Below, in pieces: positions 40,001 to 52,944 of a DNA stretch of 64,000 nt (its first letter is position 1; each line of letters begins with the position of its first letter). The notes under the pieces are model-generated. The model did not search any database. It worked only from the letters and a program-made list of their open reading frames with translations, and had not been told where the DNA came from. Origin of the DNA: Torpedo marmorata (lineage: Eukaryota); NCBI GenBank assembly GCA_977017645.1, contig OZ360238.1, forward strand, positions 26,784,001-26,848,000, read 5' to 3'. The translations under genes were made by a program, and so were the position numbers.

Positions 40001-41849
40001 TACTACAATATTAATTGTTGCTACATGCAAGTCAAAATTTTACTTAATTTTATGCAAAGTTTGGATAAATTACTGAATTGATTTCACCTAGCCTAGGAAA
40101 TGTAAATTACATTTTTATACCACTGTAAATCTGATTAAATATATTAAACAGGAACCAACCATATGCATTTATATTCACCAAACAAATTAAGACCACCAGC
40201 TCGCAGCATTTTCAAAATATGAATGGTTCAGCCAAGTTAAAATACTTGGAAAACAGCAAATGCAGAAATATCTTATGAATGCCACCGGCCACCACATTTT
40301 AAATTATTTTATTACAATACTTAATATTTACTGTAAACAATGTACATACAAATTACAACAGCACCTATTTAAAAATAGCAGAGGTTTTGCCACAAAAAAA
40401 CCAAGCTTTTTCCACAAAGATTTAATATTGACAGTTGCCGTACAGGTAATCACATCACAAAACATTCCATCAATGACTGCTGGTGCCCTCCTTCTCTTTT
40501 TAGGTGGGAGAAGGCATCAAGCAAATAGTGACTCGCTCAGTTCTGTCAAAAGACAACACAGCCTCTGAAGACACAAAGGGATAGCATTGGTTTCTGACAC
40601 CACTGTGTTTTTCAAATACGAAATGGCAAGGAGCCCCTCCCCATGCACGCGTACATCCGCGCATTCTCACACACAAAATCCTTGCCAATTTAGAATTACC
40701 AACAATTTATCAGTAAGCACTGTTGTTCTCATTGAATGTAGATAATAAACTCCTTCAGTATTTTAATCTAATGTTGGGAACAGACGAAAGTCCCACTGTT
40801 AGTAGCTCTAATTATGATCAAAAAGCATAAGTTCGTGGAATAAAACGGTTACATCTTGGGATCGACACTGCAAGTCAATTGATGGAAAAATAAGAGGAAG
40901 CCAAAACATTCCACTCTTTTCCCAGTGGCTGCTCCACTGAGGTTGCCCAGACATTTGCAAGTGAATTGCCCGGCTGTGGGTGAGTTTGCGGGTTTAAACG
41001 CACCAGCTTTGAAGCATAAAAAGAGATCTGAAGACGAATTAACATACAACAATACATACACTGAATAGCCACTGATGTAATCGGTCAGTGCATACTCTAA
41101 CACTAAATCAAGGTCTTCCGAGACACCTACATGACAAATGGAAACTATCAAGCTGGAGGTGAGGGGGGGGGGAGGGAGTGAGGTAGGGGTACAAACAAAC
41201 CCCGCTCACTTAAAATTCGTCAATTATTTGTGTGTATTAAAATGAATATAATTTATCTTAACGCCATGTGTCGACACAACTACAAAACACCGTGGTACCC
41301 TAATGAAGCGGCATGAAAAGCAACTTGTAGTCTTTAATTTTTGTCAGTTACTTTCAGGAAACACAATGAAAGAAAAAAAACTAAATATGGACGGGAATGC
41401 GTAATTTAATTTGCGCTTTTGCATTGTTTATTAAAAATAGTAACTGCATACATTTCCATTCCATTTCTTATCATGTAATGGATATACTACACAGATCACT
41501 TACATTGGCTTGGAGATGCTTGTGAACAAACTGCACTTAAGAACCATTTGAGTCCACTCTCTAAATATTGTAGCTCCAATTAAAATCGCATCAAAAATAA
41601 TTCTACCGTGCTGTATTGTCTGGGCGACGACTCTCAATCTGGGACCTTCACTTAAGAATTAGAGGGTTAGGCAACATGCACCTACTGTGCTGATTTAAAA
41701 ATAGGTCTGACTAGGTGTCTGCAACAGACCAAAATGCGGACGTGTCTGAAGAAGCAGCAGCAAAGAAATGGACCGCAATTAAAGTACATTACAGTTTGGA
41801 AAATATAAATAAATAATTGCTGATCATTACCCTGACACCTCCCCTCTCT

Positions 41850-44300
41850 GACCCGCACCCCCTCCCTCCCAGCTCCACCGTGAGCTCGGCTGCGCGGCGG
41901 CTCCACGCTGAGGCCAGTTCCGAGCGCTCTGCCCGGTGTCTGCGGCCAGCACCTGGCGGCGGCTGCCGGCGTGAGCGCCTCCTGACCCGGCTGGCCCCCC
42001 TCCTCTCGGCCGCCAGCGAACTCGGGCTGACCCGGCCAGGAGGGGAGGGAGGGAGGGTGGCGGGGGAGGAAGAGGTAGGGTGCTGGGGTTGGGGGGTCAA
42101 ACCCTGCCCCATTCACCATGCAAATCCTCCCGAACCATTCAAATCCGACCTTCCAGCAGTTACACGTATTACAACCGCGTCGAGAATGTCATGTGTGCAG
42201 GTACAATATATAAAATAAATACAAGTTACGAGGGAAACTCGTCGCATCTTACTATTGAATAAACTTTGCCTTCCCCATTGATTTTTGTGTACAAAAGTAA
42301 TAAAAATAGTCTTCGATCTGGCATCATGAACTGAAACGGTGTGTTTGCAGTACAAATGATCTCAGTGACTGATGTGTGCCCGTTCCCCATTGAGCCTTGA
42401 TTATCTCCCCATCTCGTCCCATGTCTCCCCTCCACTTCGTTCTTGCTCTCCGACCACTCCGCTCGTTTTATTTTTATTTCTCTCTCTCTCCCCTTCCCCA
42501 TGTCACTTCGTCCAGTTTATCTCCTTGTGGCTTTTTTTTTGTATTGGAGTTGCCCCGACCCTGATTAAATCTGCCCGCTGTCTCCCTGACGGGGACCGAT
42601 GCCATCCTTTGATTTCTCTGCGTTATCTCGTCCCAATCGGAGCTCCCTGCGCGTTGCTCCTTTATCCTCTCGTCCAACAATGCCGCATCTCACTGGCTCG
42701 CTTTCCCCTTCATTCTCCTTGCTTTGCTTCTCCATTTCGTCTGTCGCCCTTTGCCCTTTTTCCTTCCTTTCATCTCGCCGTTCTCTCTCTCTATCTCTCT
42801 CTCTCCCCATTCCCCACGCTTCCTCTCTCATCTGCCCCTTCTCACCCACTCGCCCTGGATCGCCACTTCTCTCATCTGTGTCACTCACTGCAAGAGGTGG
42901 GTTTCCCCCCCTTTCATTCCTCCCTTTCATTCCTCCCTTCTCTCCCTCCCTTCTCTCCCTCCCTTCTCTCCCTCCCTTCTCTCCCTCCCTTCCTCCGGGA
43001 TTTCTCTTCCGATCTGAGTGCAGTTCGCTGCCTCTCCGACTCTTTTTAAACACATTCTCCAAAACCGATCGATCACATGTGACTGAGAATCCGAAAATAA
43101 AGTCAACACGGGATCAAGGCTTTTCCTACACACCGTTCCCTCCACCCACCCCCTCCCCTCAACAGCCCAGCAACTGAGAAAGAATGAAAACAAAATCCCG
43201 AAAAGAATGGTTAAAAATAGGGGGAGAGAGAGAGAGGAATAGAAACTCCTAACCCCGCCGGCTCGCAATCCCGGGACTCGAGAAGGAAAACAAAACGAAG
43301 AAACTTGGAAATCCAACCTCTTTTTAGCCTACCGCATCCCAACCAACCCAGCCAGAGGCAGAGAGAGAGCAAACGGCCTGGAGAAGGAAAGGCCAAGCCC
43401 GGCCCCGACGGCGAAGCGAAATTCCCCGTCGCTCCCTCTCCCACGGAGAAAGACGGACCCTGACGCCGAGCTCCAGCCTTCATCTGGCGGCTCCGAGCCC
43501 GAGCAGCTGGCGGCCACTTGCAGCCCTCAGCGCCGCGCTCGCACCGAGCCACAGTCAGCAGTAGCAGCAGCAAGCCCAGATCTCATCCTCTCAAATCCCA
43601 ACCACATACACATAGATCTTGACTTCAACAAGCCGCTTCGCAAGCCCGAAACACAATGCTGCTGCTGGGGTCGGCGCTGTGTGACGGCTGCTCAAGATCA
43701 GGTTGGTGTGCGGATGTAAACATGCAGGTAAAAAAAAAATCACAATAAACTTCACTCTTCAAAGTTCGGCTCGGATGCGATTGTATTTTGTCATTGACCA
43801 TTTGCAAATAATTAAAAAAGAAAGTGCAAAGGGGGGGGGGGGTGGGGAGAGAGAGGCAGGCGGAGGAAGAGGCAGAGAGAGGGGCGCTGGCAATGGACTG
43901 TCATTAACACATCCACAAAGAAGAAAAGCAAAGTGGCAAGAGGGGGGAAAAGTTGCAACTTACGATTGTGCACCGTCTGCTGGGTGGAACAGGGGAAGGG
44001 GGCAATCCTGCTCAGCTGGTAAACATCCCATACAAAGAGTGGTGGGGCCGGCGGCACTCGCGTCAGGGCATTCCGGCAGCCAACATTGCAGCGAGCGCGG
44101 TGGGAAAGAGGGCGAAACTCGCAATGAAAAAAAGTCGATGGATCTTTATTCTGCTAATTAGTTTCCGTGCAAAAATGGCTGTGATTAATTCAGTGCGCAT
44201 GTGCTTCATTACGAAGGCACGACGGGAAGGGCTAATTAGCGACCTCGGATCAATATTCAAGTGACGCTTTTCGGAGTCAGCCACAAAGTCAGGAATATAG
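41850..44300. promoter_or_regulatory. CpG island promoter / 5' noncoding exon region of an unidentified gene (probably minus strand)
   Basis: GC- and CpG-rich blocks; YY1-like AAAATGGC 44172, NRF1-like GTGCGCATGTGC 44193, GCTAATTAG at 44153 and 44231; minus-strand donors C|GTAAGT (43964) and G|GTAGGC (43333). Confidence 0.75.
42905..42996. repeat. Polypyrimidine minisatellite (cccttctctccct)x4
   Basis: Directly visible tandem 13-mer. Confidence 0.9.
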
Positions 44301-47300
44301 AGATAGAGATTTATAAAATGAAAAAAAAAATACTGACTGGTACACAAATGCAAGCGAGAGGGGGAGGGAAGAAAGAATCTACTGTATATGTATAATAATA
44401 AGGCGATCTGCTTAAAAAACCAACCCCTCTGCATAGATTCATTAATTCTATTCCTGATTAACAGCAGTCCCTGCTATCTCTTCCCAAGTCGTCGTGGCTT
44501 TCTTTTTTTACCTCTGCTACTATTAAGCGATCGTTTTGTGGACAGATGATCTTTAATTTCTAATCCCCATATAATGTATTGTTTTTAATTGTGTTATCTG
44601 CAAAACAATAACAGCACGCGAACACCCTTGGAAGATTATAATTTTAGGATTGTTCCTCCTCACAGTGAAATTAGGGGAGTTTAAGCAGGAAATCCTAATA
44701 TTCAATATTTTGGAATTAATTTATTTTTGACACTCGGTGAAATTCACAAGAATAAGTTCATTTAACTCTTTTTAAAGGAACTCCTATTACGTCTAGACTG
44801 ATTATTGGACTCTCTTTCCTTAAAATTCCAAGAAGTTTACGTTTGAATGGATAGAATTGAGAAACACACTTACGAAACTTGCGTTCGGCGAGGTCAATAT
44901 CTTTCCCAGGTTCTCAATGTCTCATATATTTCACAAAACCTACATAGGACCTAAACACAATACTTTCGTCTCTTTCTAAATAAATTAATACTCATTTCCT
45001 TATTTGCTTCTAAAATATCATTTTTATTGTTTTTTTCTGATCTATATTATTGGGGAATTCACATCACCTGAGAAAGAGTGTATTTCTGCTTATTCACCTT
45101 TATTGTGGGCAATGTTCACTCTGTCAAAACAGAGAGCGTTTGTAAAATCGGTTCGAATACAAGTTAAACTCAAATGATAGAATTTTTTGCATTGCATGTG
45201 TTTCTCCAACTTTCCCGCTGCCCGCATTGTCTTGAGAGAGTTGATCATTTGAGAGGGAAATAATAGAGGGAAAAAGCAATGCTAGGGAAAACATTTCAGA
45301 ATTAAAGATATCAGACAAATTTCTTGAAAGAAGAAACAGGGAAATCTGGGAAAACATACACTACTTTGTTCAGGTTCTCGCAGGAGTTTTGCTATTGCTA
45401 CTTCGCTTGAATTGGATTAGAAGGTATTCTATTCACTGTGTATTGAGCGGGATGTAACGGAATTCGCTGCAATCGATCGGCGATCTTTCGAACAGTTTTC
45501 ATGCTTGTTAGGAAGTTAATAAAAATAAACCAACAACACAAATAAAAGCCAAGAGCTTGAGCACAGAGTCGAATACCACGCGAAAACCACTGTTAACCAA
45601 CAATTATTTTATCTGCTCAGCAATTATATCAACCGCTGGATCAATGGGAAATTTACATTAAATATACAGCTGGCTACGTGTCTTTAAAACAGCAATAGAG
45701 ACAGCAAGCTATTGTCACTCAAATCTTGGTGAATATACTTTGCATTTTACTTTTTACAATTCAATGTATATTTTTAACAAATCAGCGTTTACAAAGTATT
45801 GGTGCCTTTCCTCGGCGTTTAAACCGATTTAAAAACGAGCAAATCTAAAGATGTGCATTTTATTTTCGATCACTTGATGCGTTGAGTAGTAATGTTTTTT
45901 TTTAAACTGACCTATTTACAATGTATTGTTAACCGCTAAATACCCAGTGCTTCTCCTACTGAAGCTAGATAGGACAGGAAAACCAGGCTTAAATATTTGT
46001 TGCAATGATCAATTGCTATTTCCCAGCAAGCTTCCTATATTTTTCATCTATATGTTTATGACATTTCCACGTATGTATAATGTGGCTTGATGAATAAAAC
46101 ATGAATTGCTCACAGAGCTTGTGGATGGGCAAAAAAAAAAATCACATATTGGGGGATTGGAAGTTGTTCTTAAAGGGAGATGGCGAAAGTTACCAGGGCA
46201 ATGAAATGTTGGGATTTCAGGACACCGCGCACTCGTACGGGATAGATTAACGGGGCCTGTTTTTTTTTTCTTTCTGATTCCTTTTGGATGAAATGATAGT
46301 GGAGTCGAATGAATGAAGGATGGGTTGACGGTGATTGTGTCTGCCTGGGGTTTTTACAGGTGCAATGGCAGCGCCCTCTGATGTTCAACGCTGACCGCCC
46401 AAAGCAATTCTCGTCTCTCCATCCCAACCTTCTCCACAGCCACAGCTGTAAATATGTACATGCAGTCAACAACAATTCTAACATCCTCTCAGAAAGACGC
46501 CTGACTTGCTGAGCTATTACACGGGGTTAGATGAGAACATCGGGGGATGGGGGGGTGGGAACACATTTGATCGGAAAAAACGCAAAAAAAAAATAGAAAA
46601 CAAAATCTTCTGCGACGAAATAATTTGCGAAATATTTTCGGTTAAAACAACAGCCAAGATGTTCTCTTTTCGAATCGTTTTAAAAAATAAATCGCATTCT
46701 CTATACCCCGATAAATGTTTGAATTCAAAATGTTTTCGTGACTTTTTACAAACATTTTTTAAATAAATCGCTATTAATTCATATTCAACCAAATTCATTA
46801 TGACATTTTAAAACTATAATCTACCATCTTTAAAACCGAGTTAACTTTTTTTCTCTCTACGCAGACTCTTCGCTGCCGCAGGCCGGTCGAGTTTGTGTTT
46901 TCAGACAAAATTCATTAACTAACAATTAACCTTGATTATATTAATTGGTATAATCTTAATGATTATTATGCATTGATGTAGCATTGAACAAACAAACGAA
47001 TATTTCAGTGTAAACGGAAAAATTGCGTTGCTTATAACGCACCGGCGATTAAATAGTTTTGCTCAAGTTTAAATGATCTCTTCATCAGTTTCAGAAATTT
47101 GACTTGAGTGTTCCAGATAAATGACATCGAATCCTGACGTTGAAAATTGCCGCTTGCATTCATACTTGGGGTGGGGGAGTCAAGTGCTACCTAAAGGATA
47201 TCTGCGAGTTGTTGGCACCCGTTATTTTTTTGTGAATGTGTGTCTGCGTGTATATAAAGCTGAGAACAATATTTGTGAGATAATCTCACAGGTCGACAGA

Positions 47301-48499
47301 GGGTTTTTTGCCCAACCAACCCCGATTTCTTTTAGACCTTGATGTCTTTTGTATAATTTTGGCAGTAAGATTTCAATGAAAAAAGTGTAGAGCGCTGATT
47401 CCCATTAACAACGTGAGGCACATTTGAGCATTTCTGTCAAAAACGGCTCTTTATTCATCAAATGAAGAGCAATACATCTTATAAAACATTTACCTCGAAA
47501 TAATTTATGCAAACAAATTTAACAATTGTATCATGGAAATAGTGTGCGTCTACTTGCTATTGCCAAAAAGGGACCACGCGAGAATCAACTTTGAAGGATA
47601 GCAAAGTCCTGTATTTATTTCCTACTTTTAATACACGGAATCCGCTTTCCTTAAATAGCTAATGCAGCGAAATAGTTTTTATTCCACGTAATAACGTTGA
47701 TCCTTTCATTCCAAGAGGATGTGCACGTTACACGGATTAAGAAATAAATACATTTCGCGATCTATTTTCAAGCAAAAATGGTAACATCACGATTTTAAAA
47801 AAAAAAAGATGCACACGAATAAATACAAACTGCATTATTCTATTCCGTTTTAAATTATACTTGTTTATTGCTAGGCACTAAAACGCGTGTTATTTCGGGT
47901 TTACACATCTTAATTGACATGAATGCCACAGACTGAACTATTTCAATGGGGTTGACCTGCTAAAGAACGTTTTTTTAAAAATAATAGTGGACTGTCGACT
48001 CCGACAGGAATTACGGAGATTTGATTGGCTACAGGTCCCGAAGGATGCTCGGAGTTTCCTCAGTGATAGAAATGCGACGCAGTTTATAGTCTCACTTGAT
48101 ACCTTTATGAACACAGTATTTAAGTAGAGCATAATTACAGTATGCTTTTTTTTAAAGGACGGAACGTATGTTAGAAACAATACTGAATATCAGTGTAATA
48201 GATGATAGGGAATAACTGTTCAGACATAAGGTTGAGGCGTTTCAAAAAAAGGATAGGTAGTTGGCTCAGACTCCAATGGTCACAGACAAGCAACGCTTTA
48301 TACACGAGAAACAGACAGAGACGAGGACACAGGCGCGCACAGAAACACACACACACACATACACATTAATAGATCTAAATGGAACCATGTGATAGATATT
48401 CGAAAACCCTTCAATCGAATTCACGTGTGTGTGTATATATATCTATCCAGATAGATACCTGTAGGTACATACATACATGTGAATTGGATTGAAGATTAT

Positions 48500-48501
48500 A
48501 A

Positions 48502-48565
<64 letters not shown>
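48500..48565. repeat. (TA)n/(CA)n microsatellite
   Basis: Directly visible. Confidence 0.95.
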
Positions 48566-49799
48566 TTAAACATAAAACTATATAAGCACGCACAGACAGT
48601 ATAATGTTTAAAGCATTCGCATGTCAAAACCGCGTGCTTAAGTTAACGAACTGATATAAGCATGCAAACTGCGCTGAGCAATTTATTTTTAATGAAAGTA
48701 ATACATGCCCCAAACATTCTTTATTAATAGTAGCATCTTGTATTTCAAAACTGATGTTACCCACTGAATAAAATAAAATCTAGCCTTTTTCCTATTTGTC
48801 CTGCTGTCGTGGGCATGCCATCACACATGGGGAGTTCCTTCGGCAGCGCCTTGGAACTGTTCGCTACACACTACGTTCATGTTTTTTGTAGACAGGTCAT
48901 CAGCCGCAAGTTCCCACTAGAGTACAGAGTAAAACTTTTATTTGGACATATCTTATCTCCTTCAGACTTGGGATCGTTGCAGCGCAAAAGGTTTTTTTTT
49001 GTAATGTGTACTTTTATGCTGTTAATTTTAATATTTTCTCTTAATTAATAACAAAATTGCACCGTTTTTCTCTTTTAATATTGTTGAATTAGTTCGGAAT
49101 TCTGGCAATATTTCTAATTAGCATTTTGGAAGACCATCAACTTGGCTACGATTGGAAAAGATGACAGTTAAATATATATATAAATTTCCTACAATTTACG
49201 TACAAATTTTAACATCGCAGTTATCTATATTTTATATGCCACGCCTGCTTCCTTCTATTCACATTTATTTTCGATGGTCGATATTTTAGAAACCGATGTG
49301 CTACAAACTATTTTTCTTATACCAAGTATCATGAAGTGAAAAATACACCTTTCACGGCATTTATTGATCAAATACAATGATGTGGAATTACACATTTAAA
49401 CTGTTTTAACAGATATGATATGCATTAAATACATAGTTTCTAACAATATATTCGTTTTTTTTTTTGCAATTCCAAGCTACATCAAGCAGCCTTGATGTTT
49501 TATACTACATATTATTCTTATTTATTAAAATCATATGAATACATTCAACCTGCTTTCAGCTCGCAACACAATATGTGGAATTACTAGATAATTTCAAACC
49601 AAACGAGTGCAGCTTGAATTTTGATTGCAAAATAATTGAATACAGATAACTGGCAACGGTTTACATATTGCAGTTTGCAAAGGCACTGACTGGAGTTTGC
49701 TGACCTGTTGCCCTAAAGGTCTATGGCGTCGGTGGTTTCATTGCAGCAACAGAGAGGCTCAGAACAGGGAATTTCCCTTCGCATCGACCTTCCAGCCAA

Positions 49800-50000
49800 C
49801 CAACACCTCACCTGAATATCTCACGTGATCTCCCAGACGAGCCTTGTGACGTCTGCCACTGACAGGTGACGCGTTCGATTGGAAAGGTTGTCAAAGGTGC
49901 TGCCCGCAGAGGTTTGTGGGTGTTGTAGTCTGGCATGTGCTTTAGTTACACTTGATTTGCTGGGACTTCGTCTTAACAAACTACAATACCCAGAATAAAA
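49800..50000. promoter_or_regulatory. Candidate second promoter (E-box, CRE, CCAAT, two ZNF143-type sites)
   Basis: TCACGTGA 49821, GTGACGTC 49846, GTGACG 49866, GATTGG 49877, inverted ACTACAAcaCCCA 49915-49930 and ACTACAAtaCCCAGAAT 49980-49996. Confidence 0.55.
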
Positions 50001-51249
50001 GGCACGGAAAGCGCAGACAGCAAAAGTGCTCGTTTCCAGGAGTATGTAATCTCTACCGAGGAATGCATGTTAGTAGTGGATTATCTGACAGTCAGTGGTC
50101 TTCATGCATTGATCTCATTGCTATGTGGATCCTTGCAGCATTATTGCCCCCTGAGCAGAACCATCATTGCCCTGAGGTCCGCTGACACAACGGGGACCAT
50201 GGTTCACTCGCCTTCATTTGAGATATTGAAGGCATTCTGGATACTTAACGCCTGGGGAAAAATTATCGATAAAGCTCATCCAAACCCCACAGATTGCAGT
50301 GTCAGAAAGTTCTGCATGCATGCAATTCTGCAAAGGCAATATTTACTCCAACATCATCATTTGCTCGTGAAGTCTCGGGCTGATTCTGACGTGCCAGAGA
50401 CACGGCCTTTACTGCGATCTATTGCATAGCTGCCAGAGGAATTTGGTGCACCTGTTCCATATTACATCGGGTCCCAGTTTATTGCGCTTGGAAAATTTGA
50501 AACCAACTACGAACACTTTTTGTTGGTGATGAATTATCAGTAGCAACCACGGGGTACTTAACGAAATATAGCACGCCGCTGACCCTTCGATGGAAATGAG
50601 TCACTGATTTATGGAACAGACAAAGTGTTGGAGCGCTTACTAATCGGCATCAACACGAAATAGCCACAATGTTTAACATCAAAAGACTTTGGAAACAAAG
50701 TTCCAAACCGATAATATCACGAGCGAGAAAACATTTGTTCCGTAATTGAAATACATCCTGTTCCCTCCTGCCTCTTCTATCTCCTCCACTTCCACATACA
50801 CATGTTCGCATCTTGGGCAAATAATGGAACAGATATTATTCCATGGGTCTTATTAACCAAAATTTCATTGCTTGCCGATTTATCTTCCTTATGTTACAGA
50901 AAACCACTATTTGTTTATGACGATGGTCTCCTGATCTTTAGACAGTAGGTGTTGTTGTGAACCAACTATACATTGTTGAAGAAAATGTCCTGATTTCCTT
51001 CTTCCCACTTAATTCTAAATCCTCTTTGATAATTTGGGTATTTTCGTCATTACATTCAGATTTTGAAGTTTTGAATGACTGAATAATTTAATTCTATATT
51101 TCCCTTCACTCCCATTCAGATCTTTCAAATGTGATTTTAGTTGGTACAGTAATTTGTTAAACAACGCTTGATGAAACAACAACAACATGAAGGCACTATA
51201 TAAATTCATCTTATTTATTAAATTACTGTATTTTATCTATAAAACAATA

Positions 51250-51288
51250 ATCTATCTATATACAGTATATCTCTATCTATCTATCTAG

Positions 51289-51333
<45 letters not shown>
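51250..51333. repeat. Compound (TCTA)/(CA)/(TA) microsatellite
   Basis: Directly visible. Confidence 0.95.
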
Positions 51334-52185
51334 CCGTATATTTTGGCGTATAAGATGACCCTTGAAGCACCCAAAAAACACAAAACGTGACCTTAAAATT
51401 CTACTCAAAATACCACTCGATTGGTTCCATAACCCACTCAGACCCCACCCTACAACAAGTTTTTATTGTAAAAAAACACATCTAAAATCCTTCAAAATCA
51501 CTATTACTATTATCGTCTGAGGCAAAGAACTCGGCAAGCACATCCGGAGTCTCACTGTTTACACTGTCATCATACGGGTCCCAGTCTGAATCTGATGAGT
51601 CAGCTTCAGCTTCATCATATTATCAGATTTTTCCTGTTCATGAAACGGCTGCACCAGCCGACTGTACCTTTAAAATCTCTACTGTGTTCTGGGTTTGACC
51701 TTGCCCACTTCAGTGCATATGCTCTGATTTTATTTCTTGTGACTATGTAGCAATCTTGCCTCTGTTCGAGTACCCATTCTGCAATGTGATTTTCCAACTC
51801 TGGCCAACGAATGATTCCTCTTCTCATCGAACATTGTTTCTTTGGTATTTTTCTTAAAACATCTTCATTCTTTCTCCACTCTCTTACCATTTTCTCAGTT
51901 ATGTCAAATGTCCTTGCAGCAGCACAGTTGGTAGATTCATTGGCCACTTCAATGACTTTTATCTTAAAACTTACTTCATACTTTCTTCATTTTTCTGGAA
52001 GCTCCATGATTACACCCACCTTCTGGCCATGCCCAACATCTCAGTCAATGTGACACCAGCTCAAACAACACACATATTTTTGGGGGGTCATCTTATACAC
52101 CCAATATATGATAAAACCATGAAATTCAGGCTGAAATTGGGGACCCGTATTATCTGAAGGTCGTCTTATACGTCAAAATATATGG
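51334..52185 (-). mobile_element. Internally deleted pogo-superfamily transposon (Passer/POGK-like)
   Basis: TIR ccgtatattttggcgtataagatgac / gtcgtcttatacgtcaaaatatatgg with TA flanks; Brinker-type DBD and CENP-B HTH (NCAAARTFDITEKMVREWRK, WPELENHIAEWV, FKGTVGWCSRFMNRKNL) joined out of frame to the acidic C-terminus ..SDFEGF*; DDE domain absent. Confidence 0.92.
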
Positions 52186-52775
52186 TATATATACATATAT
52201 ATATATATATATAATATGCATTCTTGTAACTGTCTCCACTTCCTCCAGATAGCTGGAAATGCTTCATAGTCAGTTACATAATTAATGTTAAAACAAAAAT
52301 TTGCTGGATACACAGATGTGCAATACGCACTCTCAATCCAGTTGTCGAGAGTGTTATATATTGTTCCTATGCTGAATTAATTTCATTCATAATTTCCTTA
52401 ATGATGCCAAAACCCGATTGATTTTTGTGAGCGAGTTTAGAACTTTACACTCTTTATGCACATTCTATTAACATTGATACAAACATGCCAGCCTGGTAAT
52501 GAATCGGGAGGTCATAAACTGAGTTCAGTGCAGCAAATGCTGGAAATCTTTTCATGAAACAAGTGTGATGGACATAAAAGATCCCTTAATACAATTTGAA
52601 AAACAAGAATCAATCTTTTAGAATTCAATATTATGAAAGAATAAATGTACTGACTGGAATTTCCATTACTGTGCACCAGTTGAATGGTAAACTTTGAGTA
52701 AAAAGAAACAAGAATGTCTGCACTTCTAAAGTAATTTATTATTCTAAGGGAGCTTACAGCCACCTCATGGATATG

Positions 52776-52943
52776 GAAGGCACGACATAAATTAATCTTA
52801 TTTATTAAATTACTGCATTTTATGTATAAAACAATAAATATATATATACGGTAATATGCATTCTTGAAGCTCTCTCCAGATTGCTGGAAATGCTTCACAA
52901 TCAGTTACATAATTAATGTTAAAACAGAAAATTGCTCGATGCA
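52776..52943 (+). repeat. Local ~170-bp duplicate of the sequence flanking the pogo element (51189-51250 plus 52212-52313)
   Basis: gaaggcac..atcttatttattaaattactg..aaaacaataa and atatgcattcttg..cagttacataattaatgttaaaaca occur at both places. Confidence 0.85.
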
Positions 52944-52944
52944 T

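Noticed and set aside
42372-43177. Long ORFs of 165-225 aa in the promoter region
   Set aside because: Products of CT-rich low-complexity sequence; no domain-like content
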